This document shows, piece after piece, positions 37,360 through 46,302 of a stretch of 64,000 bases of DNA. This stretch comes from an uncultured Bacilli bacterium (GTDB taxonomy: Bacteria; Bacillota_I; Bacilli_A; RF39; UBA660): the NCBI GenBank assembly GCA_963931685.1, contig OZ007038.1, forward strand, positions 1,194,940 to 1,258,939. Reading direction: 5' to 3'. The position numbers and the translations under genes were made by a program. Each line of letters opens with the position of its first letter. Position 1 is the stretch's first letter. Below the pieces are notes generated by a model. That model worked only from the letters and a program-made list of their open reading frames with translations. It had not been told where the DNA came from and ran no database searches.

Positions 37360-38202
37360 TTAACTTTGTCCTAATAGTTTGTTATATTGTTCTTCAGTTA
37401 AGGTTTGAACTGCTGCATTACTTATACCCAAATCGGGTAATATTTCTTTAACAGTTCTCCTTAAGTTTTTATCACTCAATTCAAAGAAGTTATTATAAAA
37501 TATATGTCCAATATTATTATTTACATATTCAGATTTTATTTCATTAGGTGATGATACAAATAGATCTACTGGATAATCAGTTAATGTCTTATATATTGAA
37601 ATCGTATCATTGTTATTAGTTAATTTAATATTTTTGAATCTTACAATGTCAAAGCCTCCAATAATGTAATTACCTTGTTTAACTAAGGCTTTGCTTCCAT
37701 CTGTTATCTTAATATTGTTATTGTTTTTAAATCTATACATATTGGCGTTACGCCAAGCTGAAAAAGGTGTATAATCTGCTTCTTTAAGATTATAGTTTAT
37801 TAAATAATATTTAATATCATGTTCTTCTTCTATTATATTATCCGGTTTAATTTCAACGTAATTTTTTAATTCAATTATTTTATATAAATCTTTTTTATAA
37901 TTTTCTTTTATATAGCCTTTTAAATTACAATTATCTTCCCAACAAACAACTATATATTTCTTATCATCTTGCATATCGTTTTGATGTCCATGTAATATAA
38001 AATTACTCGATAGGTACTCAAATTCTATAACTACACGGTGAATGCCTTTTTCATCATGATATTCAATGTTTTCTATATCAAATCCTCTAGCGGAGGATGA
38101 TACTAATTTGGGGAAGCCTAATTTCTCATGTAATTTAGCAAATAACATTACTACACCTAATTCTTCTTTAATAGGTGAATAAATTTTAATTTTGTTCTCC
38201 AT
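37360..38202 (-). CDS. array paralog P5 (first gene of the array)
   Basis: 280 aa; GFDIENIEY..VVIEFEYLSSNFILHGH..YIVVCWEDNC, then YYLINYNL ... GNYIIGGFDIVRFKNI ... LTEEQYNKLLG. Confidence 0.6.
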   Translation of the reverse strand: MENKIKIYSPIKEELGVVMLFAKLHEKLGFPKLVSSSARGFDIENIEYHDEKGIHRVVIEFEYLSSNFILHGHQNDMQDDKKYIVVCWEDNCNLKGYIKENYKKDLYKIIELKNYVEIKPDNIIEEEHDIKYYLINYNLKEADYTPFSAWRNANMYRFKNNNNIKITDGSKALVKQGNYIIGGFDIVRFKNIKLTNNNDTISIYKTLTDYPVDLFVSSPNEIKSEYVNNNIGHIFYNNFFELSDKNLRRTVKEILPDLGISNAAVQTLTEEQYNKLLGQS

Positions 38203-38255
38203 AATTTTTACACCTCAAGTGTAATTATACATTACCAAAAGTATAAAAGCAAGTA

Positions 38256-38382
38256 TTTACAATATAATACGGCATAATTACCCAAAATAAACCCACGTGA
38301 GAAACAAAGAGAATGGGGCAATATGCAAATAAGATAAATTAAGAATTACAAAGCTAACAACAAGTGTGGACAAAATTAGTCT
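38256..38382. repeat. 127-bp module, copy R (upstream of the array)
   Basis: Near-identical to 33335-33461; ends with TGTGGACAAAATTAGTCT. Confidence 0.85.
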
Positions 38383-38407
38383 CTATGGACAGAAAATTTA
38401 TGGACAA
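38365..38407 (-). repeat. three TTGTCCAYA-type motifs (inverted orientation)
   Basis: TGTGGACAA 38365-38373, TATGGACAG 38384-38392, TATGGACAA 38399-38407. Confidence 0.7.
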
Positions 38408-38439
38408 AAAAATCAATACAACTTTAAGAAGTATTGATT
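38404..38439 (-). terminator. rho-independent terminator after island-borne tRNA-Phe
   Basis: Minus strand AATCAATAC-loop-GTATTGATT followed by TTTTTTT. Confidence 0.7.
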
Positions 38440-38452
38440 TTATTAACTAAAA

Positions 38453-38528
<76 letters not shown>

Positions 38529-38643
38529 ATGATAGTGGTTTTTATCTATTTTTCTCATCAAATAATCCCCACTAAATAATAAAATGAAATTGTATAAATT
38601 AATCAATATTTAGACAAATAATGAAAAATAAATAAAGTAAATT

Positions 38644-38663
38644 TTGTCCATACTTTGTCCACA
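38644..38663 (+). repeat. two TTGTCCAYA motifs (right arm of island)
   Basis: TTGTCCATA 38644-38652, TTGTCCACA 38655-38663. Confidence 0.7.
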
Positions 38664-38745
38664 GACTAAATTTATACAATTTCCTTTCTATATAAAGCCC
38701 ACTTAAATATAAGGTATTTCTTATATTTCGATAGAATTTAGGGTA

Positions 38746-38788
38746 GAGGATTTTCAGTCCCTTGCTCTACCGACTGAGCTACGAAACC
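38746..38788 (-). pseudogene. displaced 5' fragment of the original tRNA-Phe (positions 1 to ~41)
   Basis: Reverse strand GGTTTCGTAGCTCAGTCGGTAGAGCAAGGGACTGAAAATCC, then unrelated sequence. Confidence 0.85.
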
Positions 38789-38793
38789 ATAAA

Positions 38794-38869
38794 TGGCGGT
38801 TCCGACGGGAATTGAACCCGCGATCTTCTGCGTGACAGGCAGACGTGATAACCGCTACACTACGGAACC
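38794..38869 (-). tRNA. tRNA-Asp(GUC)
   Basis: GGTTCCGTAGTGTAGCGGTTATCAC..., anticodon loop CTGTCAC, CCA encoded. Confidence 0.92.
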
Positions 38870-38870
38870 A

Positions 38871-38947
<77 letters not shown>

Positions 38948-38959
38948 ATATAAATTAAA

Positions 38960-39050
38960 TGGCGGAGAAAGAGGGATTCGAACCCCCGCGCCGTTTCCGA
39001 CCTCCCGGTTTTCAAGACCGGTCCCTTCAACCAGACTTGGGTATTTCTCC
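38960..39050 (-). tRNA. tRNA-Ser(UGA)
   Basis: GGAGAAATACCCAAGTCTGG..., anticodon loop CTTGAAA, long variable arm, CCA. Confidence 0.9.
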
Positions 39051-39053
39051 ATG

Positions 39054-39142
39054 TGGTGCCTGAGGCCGGACTTGAACCGGCACGGGATTTGACTCCCGCA
39101 GGATTTTAAGTCCTGTGCGTCTACCTATTTCGCCACTCAGGC
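39054..39142 (-). tRNA. tRNA-Leu(UAA)
   Basis: GCCTGAGTGGCGAAATAGGTAGACGC..., anticodon loop CTTAAAA, long variable arm, CCA. Confidence 0.9.
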
Positions 39143-39175
39143 ATTAAAAGTCTTAGTAGACTTAAATAACTAAAA

Positions 39176-39251
39176 TGGTGGCCTGTCCGGGATTCGAACC
39201 CGGGACCCTTTGATTAAAAGTCAAATGCTCTACCGACTGAGCTAACAGACC
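39176..39251 (-). tRNA. tRNA-Lys(UUU)
   Basis: GGTCTGTTAGCTCAGTCGGTAGAGC..., anticodon loop CTTTTAA, CCA. Confidence 0.92.
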
Positions 39252-39254
39252 ATG

Positions 39255-39329
39255 TGGTTGCCTCGGCTAGATTCGAACTAGCGAATGCCACAGTCAAAGT
39301 GTGGTGCCTTACCGCTTGGCTACGAGGCA
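39255..39329 (-). tRNA. tRNA-Gln(UUG)
   Basis: TGCCTCGTAGCCAAGCGGTAAGGC..., anticodon loop CTTTGAC, CCA. Confidence 0.9.
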
Positions 39330-39336
39330 ATAAAAG

Positions 39337-39420
39337 TGGTGGAGAGAGATGGATTCGAACCATCGAACCCGAAGGAACAGATTTACAGTCTGCCGCGTTT
39401 AACCACTTCGCTACCTCTCC
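39337..39420 (-). tRNA. tRNA-Tyr(GUA)
   Basis: GGAGAGGTAGCGAAGTGGTTAAACGC..., anticodon loop CTGTAAA, long variable arm, CCA. Confidence 0.9.
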
Positions 39421-39452
39421 AAGTAACAATTTAAAGGTTATTATTTTTTAAT

Positions 39453-39527
39453 TGGTTGCCTCGGCTGGATTCGAACTAGCGAATGTCGCATTCAGAGTGC
39501 GATGCCTTACCACTTGGCTACGAGGCA
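39453..39527 (-). tRNA. tRNA-Gln(CUG)
   Basis: TGCCTCGTAGCCAAGTGGTAAGGC..., anticodon loop CTCTGAA, CCA. Confidence 0.9.
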
Positions 39528-39535
39528 ATATAAAA

Positions 39536-39611
<76 letters not shown>

Positions 39612-39619
39612 AAAAAAAA

Positions 39620-39696
39620 TGGTGGGCGCTATAGGACTCGAACCTATGACCCCCTGCTTGTAAGGCAGGTGCTCTAACCAACTGAGCTAAGCGCCC
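39620..39696 (-). tRNA. tRNA-Val(UAC)
   Basis: GGGCGCTTAGCTCAGTTGGTTAGAGC..., anticodon loop CTTACAA, CCA. Confidence 0.92.
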
Positions 39697-39738
39697 GATT
39701 TCACTCCCTAGACAAATATGATTATATTATTTATATGA

Positions 39739-40116
39739 TTATTTGTCAATACTATTTTCTCTATTTTTTTGTTTTTTTAACTGATTATTTATCCAAAGGG
39801 GTAATTTTTTACTTAAAGTTGTGAAACCATGAGGTGTTTCAATAATTTTTCTATGTTTAGGTTTTCCATTAATTTTATAGTTAATATTTTTAATACTTAG
39901 TTTTAAATGTGCTTCTTCATCATCTACATCTAATATTTCTACATATATATGGTCACCTATATTAACAAAATCATGAATATCTTTAACAAAACCTTTTGAT
40001 ATTTCTGATATATGAATTAAGCCTGTATAATATTCATCAAAAGACATAAATGCTCCATATGGCTCTATGCAAGTTACTGTGCCTTTTACTATTTTTCCCT
40101 TCACATATTTGGTCAT
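39739..40116 (-). CDS. S1 RNA-binding domain protein (general stress protein 13 / YugI-like)
   Basis: GKIVKGTVTCIEPYGAFMSF..GLIHISEIS..FVKDI is a typical S1 fold. Confidence 0.75.
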   Translation of the reverse strand: MTKYVKGKIVKGTVTCIEPYGAFMSFDEYYTGLIHISEISKGFVKDIHDFVNIGDHIYVEILDVDDEEAHLKLSIKNINYKINGKPKHRKIIETPHGFTTLSKKLPLWINNQLKKQKNRENSIDK

Positions 40117-40209
40117 AATAACACCTCACTAGTTATTATAACATATTTTTTTTTATTTAAAAAGTTTACCTTAACAATTATTTAGTATATAATTAATTTG
40201 GTGATTAAA

Positions 40210-40437
40210 ATGACTAATGAAGAAAAAATTATAGAAATTATAAATAAACTTAGACCATATCTGATTGGTGATGGTGGAGATATCGAGTTTGTTAAATATG
40301 AAGATAATATAGTTTATATCAAAATGCTTGGTGCTTGTGCGGGGTGTGCACTTATTGATTATACTTTAAAAGATGGTATTGAAATGGCAATCAAGGAAGA
40401 AGTTCCGGAAGTTAAAGAAGTTGTTAATCTGGTTTGA
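40210..40437 (+). CDS. NifU-like C-terminal domain Fe-S assembly protein (YutI-like)
   Basis: RPYLIGDGGDIEFV...MLGACAGCAL CxxC motif; ATG 40210 after GGTGA. Confidence 0.8.
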   Translation: MTNEEKIIEIINKLRPYLIGDGGDIEFVKYEDNIVYIKMLGACAGCALIDYTLKDGIEMAIKEEVPEVKEVVNLV

Positions 40438-40438
40438 T

Positions 40439-41332
40439 TTATTCTAACCATTCTATCTTAGATATTGGTAAAAATGTTTTATAATAATTATATACTTTTT
40501 TTATTATTTTTTCAAAATCATCTACTTTATTGGTGATTTTTTTTATTTCTTCATCTTCTTTTCTATCTGTTATTATTTCTTCATATAAGTCAAAATAATA
40601 TGTTGGATAAATAAGACGAGCTAAAAAAAGATAATATTCATAAGTACTTAATCTTACATTATTTAAATAATAGGTGAGGTCATCCATAATGTTTTCATCA
40701 TTGAAAAAACGACTTTTTAAATATTCCGCTATATCTCTTACTTTATAATCTACTATTAAATTTAATGGATTATATAAGTCATATTGTTTGTCATCTGCAT
40801 TAATTCTTTTATGGGAATAAACCAAATTAATATTGGTTTTTTCTAATGAATTGACTAGTTGAATAGCTGTTTCGCCTAATCCTATATAATAGCTGAAACT
40901 TTCTGTAATTAACGGATGTTTTTTTCCTAACATACTTATTTGATATTCTAGATAATCATTCTTTTGGGCCCAAAGTTCTCCCCAGTTTGGGTAATGTGAA
41001 GTATTAACATGTATTTGATTAAAATATTTTATATCATTTACATTTATTTTGCTTTCATAGTATAAGGTAATCATTAATATATATGGTTCATCATTTATAA
41101 ATGTCAATATTTGATTTTGATTATTTAAAATGATTGGGTGAATGTAAATATTTTGGTTTAAAAGGCTGATATGCATATCATAAATTTTTTGGATATCATT
41201 AGGATTATCTTTATATTTTGTAAAAACATATCTAGTTTGATTTATTATAAAATAATATCCTTTTTCGTTTTGATGAATGTTATTTGGATATAGGCTATAG
41301 TAATAGTTAATCGCATTTTTCATGATATGCAC
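40439..41332 (-). CDS. CotS/YutH-family spore coat protein (kinase-like fold)
   Basis: 297 aa; adjacent to the NifU-like gene as yutH-yutI in Bacillus; YSLYP...YYF... N-terminus typical of the family. Confidence 0.5.
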   Translation of the reverse strand: MHIMKNAINYYYSLYPNNIHQNEKGYYFIINQTRYVFTKYKDNPNDIQKIYDMHISLLNQNIYIHPIILNNQNQILTFINDEPYILMITLYYESKINVNDIKYFNQIHVNTSHYPNWGELWAQKNDYLEYQISMLGKKHPLITESFSYYIGLGETAIQLVNSLEKTNINLVYSHKRINADDKQYDLYNPLNLIVDYKVRDIAEYLKSRFFNDENIMDDLTYYLNNVRLSTYEYYLFLARLIYPTYYFDLYEEIITDRKEDEEIKKITNKVDDFEKIIKKVYNYYKTFLPISKIEWLE

Positions 41333-41446
41333 CTCAATTAATTTTATGAAAATAGTTTTTAGACAATTACTTTAATTTGAATATTTGGGTTTTTGGTGAT
41401 ACCTTATTTTTATTTTTGAATATGTTATATTGAGAATAAAGAAGGG

Positions 41447-41893
41447 GTGGATTATATGTGTAATAATTCTAATGACAGTTCATGTATTGCAGAAATACTT
41501 ACAGTAATTAATATTTTACAGTGTAACGCACAGTGTCCCGATACTTGTTTAGATACTTGTGATCGTGGCTTTTTAGGAAACACTGTTGCTACTTTAGGGT
41601 TAAATACTAGACCTGTTATGCTTTATACGTGTGCTGGTAATGGTACACCTTGGAGCATGCCAACAACTAAAGAAAATATAGACTGTGCTTCTGTTGGAGC
41701 AACATGTTCAAGCGTATTTAGAGTAGAAAAAATAGACGGTAATTGTGCAACCTTCAGAGTACTTGCTGCTAACACTGACCCAGTAACATCTCCAACTATG
41801 CCTTATGTAGCAACTAATTCATTTTTTACAATAAATTTGGACTGTGTATGTGCTTTAAAATGTTTGAATGATACAACTGTCGAAGGAGTTTAA
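41447..41893 (+). CDS. CotY/CotZ-like cysteine-rich spore coat/exosporium protein
   Basis: CIAEILTVINILQ..CPDTCLDTC..RPVMLYT..FRVEKIDGNCATFRVL resembles CotZ. Confidence 0.6.
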   Translation: MDYMCNNSNDSSCIAEILTVINILQCNAQCPDTCLDTCDRGFLGNTVATLGLNTRPVMLYTCAGNGTPWSMPTTKENIDCASVGATCSSVFRVEKIDGNCATFRVLAANTDPVTSPTMPYVATNSFFTINLDCVCALKCLNDTTVEGV

Positions 41894-41973
41894 GAAAGCT
41901 TAACGCTTTCTTTTTTGATGAACATTTTTGTGATTATTTTAATATTAATATAGAAAAAAGCACTTTTTAGTGC

Positions 41974-42984
41974 TTAATCAAAATAGTTGATTTTCATGTT
42001 TGTTTTTACTTTTTTTATAGTTGTCTCAGCAACTTTTTTTGCTTTTTTAGTACCTTCTTTTAAAATTTCGTCTACTAGTTCAGTGTGCTTTTCATAGTAT
42101 TTTCTTTTTTCAGCAATTGGCTTTAAAAATTCTAACATTTTATTTATTAGTTCTTTTTTACAGGCAACACATCCTCTTTTTCCAGCCTTGCATTCTTTAC
42201 ACACTACATCTAAATTATCATTACCTATTAATTTGTGATAATAATAAACCATGCAAATATCAGGGTTGGCTTTATCATCAATTTTTATTTTATTTGGATC
42301 GGTTACTGCTCCCATGATTTTTTTCTTGACTTTTTCTTCATCGTCTGCTAAAAATATTGCATTTCCTAAACTTTTTCCCATTTTTTCATTGCCATCTAAT
42401 CCTTTGATTCTTGGCACTTTGCTTAAGTAGGCTTCAGGTTCTATTAAGGTTTCCCCATATATACTATTAAATTTATGAACTATTTCACGGCATTGTTCTA
42501 GTAAAGGAAGTTGGTCTTCACCTACTGGGACTAATTTGCCATTAAATGCAGTAATATCTGCGGCTTGACTTACGGGGTATCCTAGAAATCCATACGTAAT
42601 ACTTTCTCCTTTTTCACCAAATAATTCTTTTTTTTGCTTTATTTCAGTTTTCACAGTTGGGTTTCTTTCTAGTCTGGCTATAGTTACTAAATTAGAATAG
42701 AAAACTGTTAGTTCAGCTATTTCTGGAATTGTTGATTGTATAAACAAGGTGGCTTTATTAGGATCAATGCCAATTGATAATAAATCAATTACTAAATCTC
42801 TAACGCTTTTTCTTACTTTATCTGGATTATTAAAATTATCGGTCAATGCCTGAACATCAGCTATTTCTATATATGTATCAAATTTATCTTGTAATTTAAC
42901 CCAATTTTGTCCAGCTCCAAAATAATGTCCTAAATGGAGATGTCCAGTTGGTCTTATTCCTGTTAAAATTGTTTGTTTTTTCAT
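41974..42984 (-). CDS. trpS: tryptophan--tRNA ligase
   Basis: HLGHY (HIGH) and KMGKS (KMSKS) motifs, class Ic size; C-terminal Cys cluster CKECKAGKRGCVAC; ATG 42984 after GAAGGA. Confidence 0.92.
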   Translation of the reverse strand: MKKQTILTGIRPTGHLHLGHYFGAGQNWVKLQDKFDTYIEIADVQALTDNFNNPDKVRKSVRDLVIDLLSIGIDPNKATLFIQSTIPEIAELTVFYSNLVTIARLERNPTVKTEIKQKKELFGEKGESITYGFLGYPVSQAADITAFNGKLVPVGEDQLPLLEQCREIVHKFNSIYGETLIEPEAYLSKVPRIKGLDGNEKMGKSLGNAIFLADDEEKVKKKIMGAVTDPNKIKIDDKANPDICMVYYYHKLIGNDNLDVVCKECKAGKRGCVACKKELINKMLEFLKPIAEKRKYYEKHTELVDEILKEGTKKAKKVAETTIKKVKTNMKINYFD

Positions 42985-43011
42985 AATCATTCCTTCTTTT
43001 TTTATTCGTTT

Positions 43012-44259
43012 TTAATAAAAGCTTCGAGGGCTTTTTATTATATAAATATATAGTGCTACTAAAAATTCATTCGGAAATGGTATAATATATTTAAAAGATA
43101 TATTATTATCTTCAATTTGTTTATAAAAATATTTGACAATCTTTCGTTTATCTAAAAAGTTTTCTAAGTTTTTATTTTTAATAGAAATTTCTTCTAAATT
43201 AATAAACTCTGTGTTGGAAAGAGCTGTTAAAAGTCCTTTATTATAACTATATATATTATAAATGGTTGATTCATCAAAGTTAAATATTTTACCAGCTGTT
43301 TCAATTAGGTTATTAAAATTATTATATAATGTTTTATTATTTAAAATACCTTTGAATATATCTGTTTCAAATATTTTATTTAAAATTTTATTGTCACTTA
43401 CTTTAAATATTTCTTTTAATTTTTCTTCGAAGTTTTCAGCATACTTATTATAATTTTTTATTAAATTATATTTTTTAAAGGTAAAATAATTACCTTCTAA
43501 TTTTCCAAATGTTTTCATTGTATCATTATATCCTAATTTAATGGATTTTTTTGCTTGGTTTTTATCAAAGACTAAAAATGAGCCTATTTTATTACGTGGG
43601 ACAATATAGGTTATATCTACGGCTTTGTTTTTGACGTTTTTTTTGAATCCTATTGCTCTTAAGTCTACAGCTATTATTTCTGTAGCGCCTAAATCAATAG
43701 CTAAATTAATTGGTAAGTTGTCATAATATCCGCCATCAATATACATTTCTCCATCTATTAAGTATGGTTTAAATGCTGGATAACAGGAGGCTGAAGCTAG
43801 TACATAATCTTTAATGTTTTCTTTTGGGAGTTCTTCTTTTATTTTTAATACTGGTTTATTTTGACTAATGTTATAAGTTACTAAGCCATAATCTATATTT
43901 GAGTTATAAAATTTATATGGTTTAAAAGATTTATCAAAGAGGCTTTTCATTTTATAAATATCCAATCCACCTTCATTTATAAAACTTTTAGCATACTGCA
44001 TGTATATTTTACTTAGTTTTTCGTCTTCCATAATTGGAAATGAATCTTCATCATATATGGTTTTAAAACTGATGTTTTTCCATAGTTTTAAAGCTCCTCT
44101 TAGGTCTTTTTGAACTATAAATAATCCATTTATAGCTCCTATTGAGGTTCCTGTTACAATGTCTATATTTTTATGTAGTTTTTTTAAAGCTTTATATACA
44201 CCTATTTCATAAGCTCCTTTGGAGCCACCGCCTGAAAGAACTAATCCTAATTTTGACAT
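43012..44259 (-). CDS. patatin-like phospholipase
   Basis: LSGGGSKGAYEIGV oxyanion motif, GTSIGA (GxSxG), DGGYYDN catalytic Asp. Confidence 0.85.
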   Translation of the reverse strand: MSKLGLVLSGGGSKGAYEIGVYKALKKLHKNIDIVTGTSIGAINGLFIVQKDLRGALKLWKNISFKTIYDEDSFPIMEDEKLSKIYMQYAKSFINEGGLDIYKMKSLFDKSFKPYKFYNSNIDYGLVTYNISQNKPVLKIKEELPKENIKDYVLASASCYPAFKPYLIDGEMYIDGGYYDNLPINLAIDLGATEIIAVDLRAIGFKKNVKNKAVDITYIVPRNKIGSFLVFDKNQAKKSIKLGYNDTMKTFGKLEGNYFTFKKYNLIKNYNKYAENFEEKLKEIFKVSDNKILNKIFETDIFKGILNNKTLYNNFNNLIETAGKIFNFDESTIYNIYSYNKGLLTALSNTEFINLEEISIKNKNLENFLDKRKIVKYFYKQIEDNNISFKYIIPFPNEFLVALYIYIIKSPRSFY

Positions 44260-44363
44260 GTTATCAACTCCAATTTCATTATACTACAAATAGTATATTT
44301 TTCATAATTTATGAACTGGACTTTATATAATAAATAAGGTAAAATGATAATAGGTGAGGATTT

Positions 44364-45020
44364 GTGCTGGACTTTTATGAATTTATAACTTTATGTGCAT
44401 TATTTTTAGTTTATTCTTTTTTGGGATGGATAATAGAGGTTATCTTTACTATTTTTGTAGAAGGTAAGCTTGTTAATAGAGGTTTTTTAGTAGGACCTTT
44501 AGTACCAATCTGGGGTACTGGTGCCATTTTAATTACTTTGTTTTTAAAACCAAATGATAGTATTTTTAGTCTAATTGTATCTTCTGCGTTTGTTGGAACT
44601 ATTTTGGAATATATTGTCAATTATGTAATGGAAAAAATATTTAAGGTAAGATGGTGGGATTATTCACAATTTCCTTTTAATATTAATGGTAGGGTGTGTT
44701 TAATTACTTCTTGTATGTTTGGAATAGCTGGTTTACTTGTAATTAAGGTATTTAATCCTTTGTTTATTAAACTTTTTTTAATGATAAATGAATCTGTATT
44801 TTGTATATTGGTATCTGTTTTAATTGTTTTAGCTTGTATTGATTTTTGTGTTTCATTTAATATTATTCAAAAGTTTAAATTTTCTGTTGATTCTGTACGT
44901 AAGGATTATACTGAAGAGATTTCTAAAAAAGTTAGAAAGACTTTGATGGAAAAGTCTTTATGGTTTAGAAGGTTATTTAAGGCTTTTCCAAATATTAAAT
45001 TTGGTTTAAAGAAAAAATAG
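44364..45020 (+). CDS. polytopic membrane protein (DUF1113 / putative ABC-transporter type IV family)
   Basis: YSFLGWIIEVIF ... GPLVPIWGTGAI pattern; GTG start after GGTGAGGA. Confidence 0.5.
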   Translation: MLDFYEFITLCALFLVYSFLGWIIEVIFTIFVEGKLVNRGFLVGPLVPIWGTGAILITLFLKPNDSIFSLIVSSAFVGTILEYIVNYVMEKIFKVRWWDYSQFPFNINGRVCLITSCMFGIAGLLVIKVFNPLFIKLFLMINESVFCILVSVLIVLACIDFCVSFNIIQKFKFSVDSVRKDYTEEISKKVRKTLMEKSLWFRRLFKAFPNIKFGLKKK

Positions 45021-45029
45021 GTTTTAATC

Positions 45030-46241
45030 CTATTTTTTATATACTCCGAATGATAAATCTTTATTGAATTCTAATTCTGTATTAGTGATGACTCTTCTTT
45101 CTCCATAGTTATAGTGATAATAAAAGGTGTCTTTATTTAAATAATATATTGCATCTTCTAAATAGATTACACTATTTAAATCGTTTGTTTTAAATAAGTA
45201 TGTTTTTTGTTTTTTATTTTGAATGTCGGCTCTATAAACATTATAATAATCATTTTCTTTTTCATATATATAATAATAGTTGCCAACTTTATCTACTTTG
45301 TCATAACCTTCTACATCGTTAGTTTGATATGGGTTAAAGATTTTTCCATCTAAAGCTTCTGTTAAGCTGATATCTTCCCATTTTCCATTATATGTCTGAA
45401 GATTATTTTTATCGTGAAATAGTTCAACACTTTCATTTTTTATACTTATTTTGTATTGTTTAGAAGCATCTTTATCAAATAAATATATATCATCATTAAC
45501 GGCTCCTTGAATATATGAGTCAAATGAGATGTCATCGTAGCTTCTAATGTCTATTTGATTTCCATTAATAATATTTATTACATGAAACATTTTAAATGTA
45601 TACTCTGCTGTATAGTCTGCAACTATGTAATATTTATCTGTGAAGTAACTAATTGGTTTTGTATATACATCGTTATCAAATATTTGAACATTACTTTTTT
45701 TCCCGTTAAATAGATTTAATCCTTTATATGTCTCCATAGCAATATAGTGATTTTCTAAAAAGTTATCTTCATATATTGTTTGGGTATTTGAAAGTTTAAT
45801 AGCTTTAGCGTTGTCTTTATAATCGTTTGTGTTATAGCCGTATTTTTTTAAAGTATTTAAATAATCTTTTATTTTTTTATTGTTTAAATCATGAGCATAA
45901 GTAATATTATTATCTTTTAAGCACAGTACGTCGGTTAATATTTGCCCGTTTTTGAAAATTGGTAAAACACATTGATAATCATCTATTTTTTTATATTCTA
46001 TTTTATTTATTACTTTTTCTGCTTTATTATAGTTTTTGTTTATTTGAAAGTTTATTTTGAATTTTTCATGTGTTAATTCAAAGTAATAATTATTATTTTC
46101 TTTAGTTTCTAATTCTTCTTTTACTTTAAAATTTCCGACATTATAAGTTATACTATGACCAGTATCAAACATGAATAAGATAAATTTTAAAGCAAAAAAA
46201 ACTACAGTAAATACAATTAGTGTTTTAAACAGATACTTCAT
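45030..46241 (-). CDS. membrane-anchored hypothetical protein
   Basis: 403 aa; single N-terminal TM helix; Y/N/K-rich extracytoplasmic region. Confidence 0.45.
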   Translation of the reverse strand: MKYLFKTLIVFTVVFFALKFILFMFDTGHSITYNVGNFKVKEELETKENNNYYFELTHEKFKINFQINKNYNKAEKVINKIEYKKIDDYQCVLPIFKNGQILTDVLCLKDNNITYAHDLNNKKIKDYLNTLKKYGYNTNDYKDNAKAIKLSNTQTIYEDNFLENHYIAMETYKGLNLFNGKKSNVQIFDNDVYTKPISYFTDKYYIVADYTAEYTFKMFHVINIINGNQIDIRSYDDISFDSYIQGAVNDDIYLFDKDASKQYKISIKNESVELFHDKNNLQTYNGKWEDISLTEALDGKIFNPYQTNDVEGYDKVDKVGNYYYIYEKENDYYNVYRADIQNKKQKTYLFKTNDLNSVIYLEDAIYYLNKDTFYYHYNYGERRVITNTELEFNKDLSFGVYKK

Positions 46242-46302
46242 AAGTCCCTCCTAATAATAATTATAAAACATTGATAAATATTTGTCCACAATAAAACGGA
46301 GA

